Positions 9,352 through 19,301 of a DNA stretch of 64,000 nucleotides are shown piece after piece. Position 1 is the stretch's first letter, and each line of letters opens with the position of its first letter. The notes below the pieces were generated by a model that was given only the letters and a program-made list of their open reading frames with translations, ran no database searches and was not told where the DNA came from. Source of the DNA: Myxococcota bacterium (lineage in GTDB: Bacteria > Myxococcota_A > UBA9160 > UBA6930); contig OZ245015.1 in NCBI GenBank assembly GCA_965223705.1, forward strand, positions 2,944,001-3,008,000, in the 5' to 3' direction. The position numbers were made by a program, and so were the translations under genes.

Positions 9352-10866
9352 ATGCCGGTACGACGTCCGACCCACGAACAGATGCGAGAACTGGCCGAGC
9401 GCCTGTACCTCAATGCGTCCGATGACGATCTTCGGTCGTTCCGAGGGTTGATGGAGGGGACCCTCCGCGCCCTCGACGGGATCGAGTCCATGCCCGAGGA
9501 CCTCCCCGAGACGCGCTACCCGCGGACTCCCGGGCACGTACCCACGGCGGAGGAAAACCCGCTGAACGCCTGGTACGTCAAAAGTGAGGTCAAGGGGGCT
9601 TCGAGTGGACCTCTGGCCGGGCGCACGGTCGCGCTGAAAGACAACGTCTGTCTCGCTGGCGTCCCCATGATGAACGGAGCATCGACTCTTGAGGGCTACA
9701 TCCCGGAGATCGATGCCACGGTCGTCACGCGACTCCTCGACGCCGGGGCCACGATTGTGGGGAAAGCGCATTGCGAATACTTCTGCCTTTCCGGAGGCAG
9801 TCACACCAACGCGACGGGCCCGGTCCACAACCCACACCGCCACGGTTACAGCGCCGGCGGGTCTTCGTCGGGCAGTGCAGCACTCGTGGCCGCCGGAGAG
9901 GTCGACCTGGCGATTGGCGGTGACCAAGGCGGCTCCATCCGCATCCCGGCGTCGTACTGCGGCGTCTACGGAATGAAGCCCACCCACGGCCTCGTGCCCT
10001 ACACCGGGATCATGCCGATCGAGAACACCGTCGATCACGCCGGGCCCATCACCGCCAGCGTCGAGGACAACGCGCGCATGCTGGAAGTGATCGCCGGCAC
10101 GGATGGGCTCGATCCTCGACAGATCGGCGTGCAGACGGCGCCTTACACCGAGGCGCTGGGAACCGGCGTCGAGGGCCTGCGCATCGGCGTCGTCGAGGAA
10201 GGCTTCGGGCTCGACGATTCGCTGCCCGGCGTCGACGCGAAGGTGCGCGACGCGGCGTCGCGGCTCCGGGACCTCGGCGCCAAGGTCGAGACGCGATCGA
10301 TCCCCATGCACCGTCAAGGCCCCGCGATCTGGTCCGCCATCGGGCTCGAAGGCCTCACCATGCAGATGATGCACGGAAACGGGTTCGGGATGAATTGGGA
10401 GGGGCTCTACTTGCCTTCGATGATGAAGGCGCACAGTCGCTGGCGCGACCAGGCCGACGACCTCTCCGAAACGCTCAAGCTGTCGATGTATACCGGTGAG
10501 TGGATGAATCAATGCTACGGCGGCGCCTGGTACGGCAAGGGACAGAATCTCGCGCGGCGCTTGCGCGCGAGCTACGACGCGGCGCTCGCGGAGTTCGACG
10601 TCCTCCTGATGCCGACCTTGCCGATGGTCGCCACGGAAATCCCCGCAGCCGATGCCCCTCGAGAAGAAGTGGTCGCCCGAGGCTTCGAAATGATTCCCAA
10701 CACGGCGCCGTTCGACACCACGGGGCACCCGGCGATTTCGATCCCGTGCGGACTGGAAGACGGGCTGCCCGTGGGTCTCATGCTCATCGCGAGGCACTGG
10801 CAAGAGGCGACGCTCTACCGAGCCGCCCACGCGTTCGAGCAAGCGGGGGATTGGAAGACCTTCTAG
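9352..10866 (+). CDS. Amidase, amidase-signature family (CX3C subgroup)
   Basis: ALKDN, GGSSSGS and [10 protein letters not shown] give the Lys-cisSer-Ser triad. CEYFC motif. SD GGGAGG before ATG 9352. Divergent from NHase. Confidence 0.94.
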   Translation: MPVRRPTHEQMRELAERLYLNASDDDLRSFRGLMEGTLRALDGIESMPEDLPETRYPRTPGHVPTAEENPLNAWYVKSEVKGASSGPLAGRTVALKDNVCLAGVPMMNGASTLEGYIPEIDATVVTRLLDAGATIVGKAHCEYFCLSGGSHTNATGPVHNPHRHGYSAGGSSSGSAALVAAGEVDLAIGGDQGGSIRIPASYCGVYGMKPTHGLVPYTGIMPIENTVDHAGPITASVEDNARMLEVIAGTDGLDPRQIGVQTAPYTEALGTGVEGLRIGVVEEGFGLDDSLPGVDAKVRDAASRLRDLGAKVETRSIPMHRQGPAIWSAIGLEGLTMQMMHGNGFGMNWEGLYLPSMMKAHSRWRDQADDLSETLKLSMYTGEWMNQCYGGAWYGKGQNLARRLRASYDAALAEFDVLLMPTLPMVATEIPAADAPREEVVARGFEMIPNTAPFDTTGHPAISIPCGLEDGLPVGLMLIARHWQEATLYRAAHAFEQAGDWKTF

Positions 10867-10869
10867 GCG

Positions 10870-11895
10870 CTAGAAGTTCGGCATCACTTCTTTCGCGAAG
10901 AGTTCGACCGAGCGCATGGCCTGCTCGCCCGGAAGGCCGGGCATGTGCATCCAGCAGACGATCTCCGTCGCGCCGATGGCCTCGTAACGTTTGAGTTCCG
11001 CGGTGACGTAGTCGGGATCGCCAATGATGTAGCGATCCTTGAAGTTCTCGAACCCGACCTGGTCGGAATCTGTGATCGCGCTGCCGTCATCGGAGCGCAA
11101 GACCCGGTCGCCCGCAGCGGACGCCGCGCCGTAGAGCTCGCGAAACAAGTAGTTCACCGCCGGCGCGGCGGTCTCCTCCGCGAGATCCATCCGATCGGCG
11201 ACGAAGACCTGCCGAATGACCGGGCGCTCGGTGACCTCGTAGCCGACTTTCTTCGCCTCGTCGTCGTAGGGTGCGTAGTGCTCTTTCAGTTCCGCGACGC
11301 CGTGGCGCGGCGACATGATCTGCACACAATGACGGCGAGCCGCTCGCCGCAAAGCACTCGGAGCCGAGACGCCGTACCAGATCGGTGGGTGGGGCTTCTG
11401 CATGGGCTTCGGCGTGAGCTGGGTCTCCGGCACGCGGTAATACTGGCCCTCGAACGAGAACCGATCCTCCGTCCATGCGCGGATCATCAGATCGAGAGCT
11501 TCTTCGAAACGCCCGGTCCGCTCCTCGCGCGGAATTCCGTGCGCTTCGAACTCCTTCGTCACGTAGCCCGGCGCGACGCCGAACACGAACCGCCCTTGAG
11601 AGAGGTTGTCGAGTACCGCGACGTCCTCGGCCAGCTTGAGCGGTGCGTAGAGCGGCACTAAGAGAACGCCGGTGCCGATTCTCATGCGCTTCGTCACGGA
11701 CGCCATCCCGGCGCACGCGATCAGCGGGCCTGGGCACAACCCGTCTTTCTGTGCGTGGTGCGAGACCTGGAACGCGGATTCAAACCCCAGGTCCTCGGCC
11801 ACGGGGAGGCACGTGAGCATGTCGCGGTAGGGCTCGTTCCACGCGATCCCCGAATCGGCGGGGGTCTGGAACGCGAACAGCAGGCCGAATTTCAT
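10870..11895 (-). CDS. LLM-class flavin-dependent oxidoreductase
   Basis: AEDLGFES, IGTGVLLVPLYAPLKLAEDVAVLDNLSQGRFVFG, PKPMQKPHPPIW. Confidence 0.9.
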   Translation of the reverse strand: MKFGLLFAFQTPADSGIAWNEPYRDMLTCLPVAEDLGFESAFQVSHHAQKDGLCPGPLIACAGMASVTKRMRIGTGVLLVPLYAPLKLAEDVAVLDNLSQGRFVFGVAPGYVTKEFEAHGIPREERTGRFEEALDLMIRAWTEDRFSFEGQYYRVPETQLTPKPMQKPHPPIWYGVSAPSALRRAARRHCVQIMSPRHGVAELKEHYAPYDDEAKKVGYEVTERPVIRQVFVADRMDLAEETAAPAVNYLFRELYGAASAAGDRVLRSDDGSAITDSDQVGFENFKDRYIIGDPDYVTAELKRYEAIGATEIVCWMHMPGLPGEQAMRSVELFAKEVMPNF

Positions 11896-11905
11896 GCCGT
11901 GTCTC

Positions 11906-12676
11906 CTACGCCGTGGCGGGCTTCACGTCGCACTCGAGCTTTTTGAGTGTCTCGCGAATCGCGGTGGCAACCTCGACGCAGTTCGGTCCGTCGCCGTGGA
12001 TGCAGAGACTCTCCGCATCGAGCTCGATCTGGGTTCCGTCGATGGCCTCGACCACGCCTTTCGTCACGTAGCGCTCGACCTGTGCGCACGCCGCCGCGAC
12101 ATCGGTCTCGTGCTTCGCGCGCTGCAGGATGAGCGACCCGTCCGGCGCGTACTCGAGATCGGGATAGATCTCGCCCACCACGCGAACGCCTTTCCTCTTG
12201 CACGCCGCGGGGAGCGCCGCGTCCGTCGGCGCGGGCCAATACAAGACCGGGTCCGACGTGAGCGCGGCAACGGCTTCCGCGACGGCGGTGGCCAGCTCCT
12301 CTTCGGTTCGGAGGATCGAATAGAAGGCACCGTGGGGTTTGATGTGGTGCAGTTCGAGGCCGTGGAGGGTCAACGCGCCTTGCAGCGCCCCCGACTGATA
12401 GACGACGTAGGCATGCGCGTCTTCCGGCGTGATGTTCATCGCCCGGCGGCCGAACCCGAGGAGATCCGGCAGCCCTGGATGGGAGCCGACGACCACGCCG
12501 TGCGCTTTCGCGTCCCGCACGGTGTCGAGCATCGTCACCGGATCGCTCGCGTGAAAGCCACAAGCCACATTAGCGGTCGTGATGTGGGGCAGCATCCCGC
12601 TGTCGTTCCCCATCACCCAGTTGCCGAAGCTCTCGCCCATATCGCAGTTGATGTCCATTCGTGTTCGATGTGCCAT
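11906..12676 (-). CDS. pxpA: LamB/YcsF family protein (5-oxoprolinase subunit PxpA-like)
   Basis: DINCDMGESFG, ANVACGFHASDP, HPGLPDLLGFGRR, HIKPHGAFY, SLCIHGD. Confidence 0.9.
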   Translation of the reverse strand: MAHRTRMDINCDMGESFGNWVMGNDSGMLPHITTANVACGFHASDPVTMLDTVRDAKAHGVVVGSHPGLPDLLGFGRRAMNITPEDAHAYVVYQSGALQGALTLHGLELHHIKPHGAFYSILRTEEELATAVAEAVAALTSDPVLYWPAPTDAALPAACKRKGVRVVGEIYPDLEYAPDGSLILQRAKHETDVAAACAQVERYVTKGVVEAIDGTQIELDAESLCIHGDGPNCVEVATAIRETLKKLECDVKPATA

Positions 12677-12789
12677 AAGGTCCTCCCACTGCCCGAGACG
12701 TCTCGCGGCAGAGCCATTCTACCGTGGCCCGGGTGAGCCGGGGGCCGGGTCGTGGTACAACCCGGTTACGCTAGACGCGGAGGAACCCG

Positions 12790-13644
12790 ATGGAGAACTT
12801 GACCGTGCAACCCTTGGCCGAGGGCCTCATTTTCGGAGAGGGCCCGCGCTGGCACGACGGCAAGCTCTGGGTCTCGGATATGCACGCGACCCGGGTGGTC
12901 ACCTGTGACATGCAGGGATCCATCGAAGAAGTGGTCCGGGTGCCAGAGCGCCCCTCGGGTCTCGGATGGCTCCCCGACGGCCGCCTCTTGATCGTCTCGA
13001 TGATGGATTACCGCCTGTGCGTGGTCGAGGGCGGTGAGCTCAGAACCCACGCCGACCTGCGGCCCTACTGCGGAGGCGATCCGAACGACATGGTCGTCGA
13101 CGCACAGGGACGCGCGTACGTGGGGAACTTCGGCTACGACCTCTTGGCCGGCGAAGACCCGAAGCCGGCCGATCTACTGATGGTCGATCTCGACGGCAAG
13201 GTCACCGTTGCCGCGACGGACCTTCAATTCCCGAACGGTACGGTCATCACTCCCGACGGGAGAACTCTCATCGTGGCCGAGACCTTCGCGAGTTGTCTCA
13301 CAGCGTTCGACGTCGACCCGGCGAGCGGCGCGCTCTCGAACCGGCGCGTGTTCGCTTCGCTGCCCGACCGCACGCCGGACGGAATCTGCCTCGACGCCGA
13401 GGGCTGCGTGTGGGCCTCGTGTTTCATGAGCGGTGAGTACCTCCGCGTGCGCGAAGGCGGCGAAATCACGCACCGAATCGATGTCGGCGACGATTGCGGG
13501 GTGGCGTGCATGCTGGGCGGCCCCGACGGCCGGACTTTGTTTACGTTGACGGCAGACACCGACGTCGAGCGCTTGGCAAAAAGCGATTCCCGCTGCCGCA
13601 TTGAAATCTGCACCGCGCCGTCCGAAGCCGCGGGGCTTCCCTAG
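12790..13644 (+). CDS. SMP-30/gluconolactonase/LRE family protein
   Basis: FGEGPRWHDG, PNDMVVD, FPNG, PDGICLDAEG. Confidence 0.9.
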   Translation: MENLTVQPLAEGLIFGEGPRWHDGKLWVSDMHATRVVTCDMQGSIEEVVRVPERPSGLGWLPDGRLLIVSMMDYRLCVVEGGELRTHADLRPYCGGDPNDMVVDAQGRAYVGNFGYDLLAGEDPKPADLLMVDLDGKVTVAATDLQFPNGTVITPDGRTLIVAETFASCLTAFDVDPASGALSNRRVFASLPDRTPDGICLDAEGCVWASCFMSGEYLRVREGGEITHRIDVGDDCGVACMLGGPDGRTLFTLTADTDVERLAKSDSRCRIEICTAPSEAAGLP

Positions 13645-15761
13645 TGACCCAGTACTTCTGCGGCGTGGATATCGGCGGGACGTTCACCGACTGCGTCGTG
13701 ATCGACGAAGCGGGCCGGCTCGTCACGTGCAAGTCGCCTTCGACGCCCAAGAACTTCGCCGAAGGCATGCTCGAGGCGTTGCGTCTGGCGGCCGACGAAC
13801 TCGGTGTCTCTCACGAATCGCTCTGCACCAACATCTCCGTGCTGTCACACGGAACGACGACGGGCACCAACGCGATCATCCAGAAGCGCGGAGCCAAGGT
13901 CGGGCTGCTGACCACGAAGGGCCACAACGACGTCATTCACATCATGCGCGGCTCGCGCGGATTGTCCGGCACGGATATCCGCAAGGTCGTACACATCCCC
14001 GAAAGCCAGAAGCCCGACCCGATCATTCCGAAGCGCCTGATCCGAGGTGTCTCGGAACGCGTCGATTGCTTTGGAAAAGTCGTCGTCGGCTTGAACGAAG
14101 ACGAGGTTCGAGAAGGAACGCGAGAACTGATCGCCGCCGGGGTCGATGCGATCGCGGTCTGCTTCCTCTGGTCTTTCCTTCACCCGGACCACGAGCGACG
14201 AGCGAAGGAAATCATCGGGGAAGAAGCGCCGGGGCTGTTCGTCACGTGTTCCCACGAACTGGTTCCGAAATGGGGCGAGTACGAGCGCACGACCGCAGTC
14301 GCGCTCAACGCGTACATCGGTCCGGTCACCAGCGACTACCTCTCCCGGGTCGACCGAGAGACCAAAGCCATGGGGTACGGTCCACCGCTCCAGATCACGC
14401 AGTGCGCGGGTGGAACCATCTCCGTCGACACGGCCATGGACGCTCCGCTCCTGACCCTCGATTCGGGCCCGGTTTCCGGAGTGATGGGGTCTCAGTATCT
14501 CGGCCAACTGATCGGGACGCCGAATGTCATCACCGCCGATATGGGCGGTACGTCCTTCGACGTCGGGATCATCTACGACGGCGCACCCGCTTCGTCGTAT
14601 CGAAGCTTGGTGAACCAGTACGAGTACTACCTGCCGAAAGTCGATATCCAGACCGTGGGGAGCGGCGGCGGGAGCATCGTCCGCCTCGATGAAGTCACCG
14701 GCACGCTGCGGGTCGGCCCGGACAGCGCCGGCGCCGACCCGGGGCCCGTGTGCTACGGGCGCGGCGGAACGCGCGCCACGGTCACCGATGCCGACTTGGT
14801 CCTCGGCTACCTCGACGCGGAGAACTTCGCGGGCGGGCGGATGCCCCTCGATCGAGACGGGGCCTTCCGTGCGATCGGCGCCCTCGCCGACCAACTGGGC
14901 ATCGACGTCTACGCCTGCGCAAGCGGAATCGCCCAGATCGCGGAATTCCAGATGGCCGATCTCATCCGCAAGACCACGATTCAGAAAGGTTTCGACCCCA
15001 GAGACTTCGTGATCTTCGCGTTCGGCGGCGCGGGACCCGTGCACGCCGGCGTTTTCGCGCGAGAGCTCGGCATCTCGCGCGTCATCGTTCCGCAACGGGA
15101 AACCGCTTCGGTCTGGTGCGCCTTCGGCGCGGCTGCCTCGGACATTCTCCACGTCGACGAGAAAGTCGAAATCATGACCACACCGTTCGACGCCCGGCGC
15201 ATACAGAACAACCTTCTCGAACTGCGCGATCGCGGATCGGCCCAACTGGAAAAGGACGGCATTGCCGCCGCTGAGCAAGCGTTCGCCTTCTCCCTCGACA
15301 TGCGCCACAAGGGGCAGATCAACGAAGTAGAGATCTTGGTCGAAGCCGACGCTACCGAAGCGATCGACGTCGAAGCGCTCCGCGAAGCCTTCCGACAGCG
15401 GTACGAGCTCCTCTACGGCGCCGGCGCCGCGTTGCCCGGTGCGAAACTCGAGATCGTGACGTTCCGATCCCGGGCGACGGCCCCGATGCCGAAACCGGTG
15501 CTCCATCCCCAGCCGGAAGGTGCGAAATCGCCCTCCGACGCGTCGCGCCGGGACCCGCGCAGCATCTACTGGGCGGAACTATCGGAAGCGGTCTCGAGCG
15601 CCATCTTCGACGGCGCACGTCTCGCCCCGGGAAACGAGATCGCTGGGCCGGCGGTCGTCGAAACCGTGGCGACTTCGGTGGTCGTTCATCCGGGCCAACG
15701 GCTTCGTGTCGATCGGTACGGCAATTTCGAAATCCTTTCCGAAGGGGAGCACCACGGATGA
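13644..15761 (+). CDS. Hydantoinase/oxoprolinase family, subunit A (ATP-binding)
   Basis: GVDIGGTFTD, HGTTTGTNA, EYERT, SGPVSG, DMGGTSFD, GAGPVH. Confidence 0.93.
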   Translation: MTQYFCGVDIGGTFTDCVVIDEAGRLVTCKSPSTPKNFAEGMLEALRLAADELGVSHESLCTNISVLSHGTTTGTNAIIQKRGAKVGLLTTKGHNDVIHIMRGSRGLSGTDIRKVVHIPESQKPDPIIPKRLIRGVSERVDCFGKVVVGLNEDEVREGTRELIAAGVDAIAVCFLWSFLHPDHERRAKEIIGEEAPGLFVTCSHELVPKWGEYERTTAVALNAYIGPVTSDYLSRVDRETKAMGYGPPLQITQCAGGTISVDTAMDAPLLTLDSGPVSGVMGSQYLGQLIGTPNVITADMGGTSFDVGIIYDGAPASSYRSLVNQYEYYLPKVDIQTVGSGGGSIVRLDEVTGTLRVGPDSAGADPGPVCYGRGGTRATVTDADLVLGYLDAENFAGGRMPLDRDGAFRAIGALADQLGIDVYACASGIAQIAEFQMADLIRKTTIQKGFDPRDFVIFAFGGAGPVHAGVFARELGISRVIVPQRETASVWCAFGAAASDILHVDEKVEIMTTPFDARRIQNNLLELRDRGSAQLEKDGIAAAEQAFAFSLDMRHKGQINEVEILVEADATEAIDVEALREAFRQRYELLYGAGAALPGAKLEIVTFRSRATAPMPKPVLHPQPEGAKSPSDASRRDPRSIYWAELSEAVSSAIFDGARLAPGNEIAGPAVVETVATSVVVHPGQRLRVDRYGNFEILSEGEHHG

Positions 15762-18043
15762 CCCGCGTGAGCGAACTACCGCCCGAGATGTTCGATGGCA
15801 TCGGGCACGGCTATGTGCCTCCGAAGGAGCTGCGGGTCCACGAAAGCTTGAAGCTCCACACCCGCTGGGACCGCGAGCTCGATCCCGTCACCTACGAAGT
15901 GGTTCGCCACAACTTGTGGAACATCAACGAAGAGCACGGCGCGACGATCCAGCGCATCTCGGGCTCCCCCGTCGCGATGTACGCCCTCGACTTGAATCCC
16001 TCGATCCTCACCGAAGACGCGGAGTTCGTGTATTTCGGGCCCTACATGCAGTACATGTCGGGCGTCACCGACACCCAGGTGAAATGGATCCTCGAAAACC
16101 GCAGCGAGAACCCCGGCATCCGACCCGGTGACATGTTTCTCGCGAACGATCCCTGGGTCGGGGCCGCGCACCAGCAAGACGTGATGCTGATCTGCCCGAT
16201 CTTTCACGAGGGCGAGCTCTTCTGCTGGGTGACGAACTGCCTCCACCAATACGATATCGGCGGGATCACACCGGGGAGCTTCTGCCCGTCCGCCGAAAGC
16301 GCATTCGATGAAGGCATCTTGATTCCGCCGGTCAAGATCGTCGAGAACGATGTGGTTCGACGCGACATCGAAGAACTCTATCTCCGCTCTTCCCGCAAGC
16401 GCGAAATGGTGGCCCTCGATTTTCGCGCGCAACTGGCGGGTAACCTCACGGCGAAGAATCGCGTCCACGCGCTGATCGATCGCTACGGCGCGGGCACCGT
16501 AAAAGCCGTCATGAAGAAAGTCATCGACAACGCGGAGACGGCGTTTCTCGCGAAGCTCGACTCGCTTCCCGATGGCGTGTGGCGAGAGCGGACGTACGTC
16601 GAAGCGTGTCGCCCAGGAGATCGCCGCACCCACCGCGTGAGTCTCACCCTGCGCAAAGAGGGCCAAAAGCTCATCTTCCAGAACGACGGGACGGCGCCCC
16701 AGGACGGCGCGATGAATGCGACGTATTCGGGCTGGCGAGGCTCGCTCATCGTCGCGATCAACGAGCTCTTGTGCTGGGATCAGTATTTCGCCGTCGGCGG
16801 CGCGTTGCGGCACATCGAGTTCGATCCGACACCCGGTTCGTTTACCTGCGCTTCCTTCCCGGCTTCCGTCTCGACGGCTCCCACCCAAGCCATGGAGATC
16901 TCGCTCTACCCGGCGTACAACGTCCTCTCGAAACTGCTGTACCCGAATCCGGAGCTGCGTCCCGACATCATGTGCATCGGCGGCACGAGCCAGTGGCCGG
17001 CCACGATTTTCCGCGGGCAGGATCAATGGGGCGAAGCGTACGGCTACATCCTGATCGACCCGATCGGCGGGGCGATCGGCGCCTTCGCGGGCGGCGACGG
17101 TATCAACACCGGCGGGCAGTCTCGGACGCCGATCTGCCAGCTGCCCAATATCGAGCACACGGAACAGACCTTCCCGGTCCTGTTCTTGTACCGGAAGGAA
17201 TTGCCCGATTCGGGAGGGGCTGGGAAGTTTCGCGGAGGCATGTCCGCGGAAACCTGCTTCATCCCCCACAACGTCGACCGCATCACCCACGACACGCTCT
17301 CCTCTGGGAACGCGACACCCACCGCGCCCGGCATCATGGGCGGCTATCCCGCGGTGACGAACGGCTATACGTTCGTCACCCAGAGCGACGTGCAGAACCG
17401 CCTCGCCAACCGACGGATGCCCGAGGACGCCGCAGAGCTGTCGGGCAACTCCGTCACCTTGGGATTGCGCGATCAGGACTTCGATCAAAGCCCGGACGAT
17501 GTGTACGCCGTGCGCTGGAGTGGCGGCGGCGGCTTCGGCGATCCACTCGAGCGCGACGTCGCCCGGGTGCAGGCCGATCTCGATAGCTTTGCCATCTCAC
17601 CCGAAGCCGCTGAGACGATCTACGGCGCCGTCCTCGACGCTTCGCGCGAGCTCGTCGATGAAGTGGAAACGCAGAAACGTCGCGACGCGCTGCGCGCCGA
17701 GCGGATTCGCCACTTCGAGGGCGAGGTGGTGAGAAGGCGCGGCGAGATCCTGGCGCAGGCCAACGAGTTCCTGGCCGCAAAGCGCGACAGCCGAGGCACG
17801 TTCTGGGGATGCAGCCGTTGCGATGCGGACCTCGGGCCGCTCGAAGCGAACTACAAAGAACACGCGGCGCAGGAGACCCGAGACGTCGGCGCCAGCAACC
17901 CGTTGGTCGGCGATCCGTCGCGTTTTATCGACGACCCGGTGGAGTTCCGTCAGTTCTACTGCCCGGGTTGCGGCTCGCTCCTCGAAAACGAGATCGCCGT
18001 GGCGAGCGATCCGATTCTCGCCGACATCGAACTCGCCTTCTAG
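15758..18043 (+). CDS. Hydantoinase B/oxoprolinase family subunit with C-terminal acetone carboxylase gamma-like Zn domain
   Basis: DPVTYEV, PGDMFLANDPWVGAAHQQD, HQYDIGG, DSGGAGKFRGG, GGGGFGDPLER. C-terminal CSRC...FRQFYCPGCGSLLENE. Confidence 0.9.
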   Translation: MTRVSELPPEMFDGIGHGYVPPKELRVHESLKLHTRWDRELDPVTYEVVRHNLWNINEEHGATIQRISGSPVAMYALDLNPSILTEDAEFVYFGPYMQYMSGVTDTQVKWILENRSENPGIRPGDMFLANDPWVGAAHQQDVMLICPIFHEGELFCWVTNCLHQYDIGGITPGSFCPSAESAFDEGILIPPVKIVENDVVRRDIEELYLRSSRKREMVALDFRAQLAGNLTAKNRVHALIDRYGAGTVKAVMKKVIDNAETAFLAKLDSLPDGVWRERTYVEACRPGDRRTHRVSLTLRKEGQKLIFQNDGTAPQDGAMNATYSGWRGSLIVAINELLCWDQYFAVGGALRHIEFDPTPGSFTCASFPASVSTAPTQAMEISLYPAYNVLSKLLYPNPELRPDIMCIGGTSQWPATIFRGQDQWGEAYGYILIDPIGGAIGAFAGGDGINTGGQSRTPICQLPNIEHTEQTFPVLFLYRKELPDSGGAGKFRGGMSAETCFIPHNVDRITHDTLSSGNATPTAPGIMGGYPAVTNGYTFVTQSDVQNRLANRRMPEDAAELSGNSVTLGLRDQDFDQSPDDVYAVRWSGGGGFGDPLERDVARVQADLDSFAISPEAAETIYGAVLDASRELVDEVETQKRRDALRAERIRHFEGEVVRRRGEILAQANEFLAAKRDSRGTFWGCSRCDADLGPLEANYKEHAAQETRDVGASNPLVGDPSRFIDDPVEFRQFYCPGCGSLLENEIAVASDPILADIELAF

Positions 18044-19260
18044 ATCACGCCCCGCTCGCGAAGCTCGCAGAGGCGCGCGTCGTCGAGACCGAGAAGCCCC
18101 CGGTAGATCTCGTCGCTGTGTGCTCCGAGCTTCGGACCGACCTCGCGCACGCGACCCGGCGAGGCGGAGAGCTTGGGGAAGACGTTCTGCATCGCGATCG
18201 TGTCGCCGTTGTGCATCGGCAATGAAACGATCGCTTCCCGAGCCTCGTAATGCGGGTCCGCGAGCATTTCCGGCGCGCGGAACAAGGTGCCGAACGGGAC
18301 GGCATGCTCCTCGAGAATGCGCTCGAGCTCTGCGAGATCGCGCTCTTTTGTCCACGCCGCGACCCGTTCGTCGAGCTCCGCCTGTCCTTCCGCGCGCAGC
18401 TCGTGTCGACCGAACACGTCGGGTGCTGCGAGCTCGGGCTCGCCCATCGCTTCCGCCAGCCTGCGGAACACCGTGTCTTGATTACCCGCGATGAGGATCA
18501 AGCGATCGTCTCGGGTCGGATACACGTTCGAGGGAGCGACCTTCGGGAGGATCGAGCCCGAACGCTCGCGGATGTGTCCCGCGAGTTGGAAGTCGGAGAT
18601 CAGCGACTCCATCGTCGTCAGAACCGATTCGTAGATGCTGGCGTCGACGACCTGCCCGACGCCGGTGCGCTCCCGATGGTGCACCGCCATCATGGCGCCG
18701 AGCGCGGCATGGGTACCCGCCAACGTGTCGCCCAGCGAGGTCCCCGTCCGGCTCGGTACCCGGTCCGGCTCACCGATCAAGTAGCGGAGCCCGCCCATCG
18801 CCTCGCCGATCGCCGCGTAGCCCGGGCGTTTTGCGTAGGGCCCGGTCTGACCGAACCCCGAGACACGCACGAAGATCAACGCGGGGTTGATCGCCGAAAG
18901 GGTTTCGTAGTCGAGACCCCAACGCTCGAGTGTGCCAGGACGAAAGTTTTCGATGACGATGTCGCAGTGCGCGACCAACGACTTCACCAGCTCCTGCCCT
19001 TCGGGCTCTCGCAGGTTCAGGGTGATGGACTTCTTGTTCCGCGCGCACACGTTCCACCAGATCGCCTCACCGCGGTGTCGCGCGGGGCCGTACGCCCGCA
19101 TCGGGTCCCCGCCCTCGGGTTGCTCCGCTTTGATCACTTCGGCGCCGAAATCCGCCAGTAGTTGCCCGCAGAACGGGCCCGCGAGCATGATTCCGAGTTC
19201 GAGCACGCGGAGGTCGGACAACGGGCCGCGGTAAGCGGCCGGATTCGTCTTCGCAATCAT
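18040..19260 (-). CDS. Class III CoA-transferase (CaiB/BaiF family)
   Basis: GPLSDLRVLELG, ARNKKS, ENFRPG, SLGDTLAG. Confidence 0.92.
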   Translation of the reverse strand: MIAKTNPAAYRGPLSDLRVLELGIMLAGPFCGQLLADFGAEVIKAEQPEGGDPMRAYGPARHRGEAIWWNVCARNKKSITLNLREPEGQELVKSLVAHCDIVIENFRPGTLERWGLDYETLSAINPALIFVRVSGFGQTGPYAKRPGYAAIGEAMGGLRYLIGEPDRVPSRTGTSLGDTLAGTHAALGAMMAVHHRERTGVGQVVDASIYESVLTTMESLISDFQLAGHIRERSGSILPKVAPSNVYPTRDDRLILIAGNQDTVFRRLAEAMGEPELAAPDVFGRHELRAEGQAELDERVAAWTKERDLAELERILEEHAVPFGTLFRAPEMLADPHYEAREAIVSLPMHNGDTIAMQNVFPKLSASPGRVREVGPKLGAHSDEIYRGLLGLDDARLCELRERGVI

Positions 19261-19301
19261 GGGCGGTACCTTATACCAGGCCCCGAAAACTGAGAGATTC
19301 A

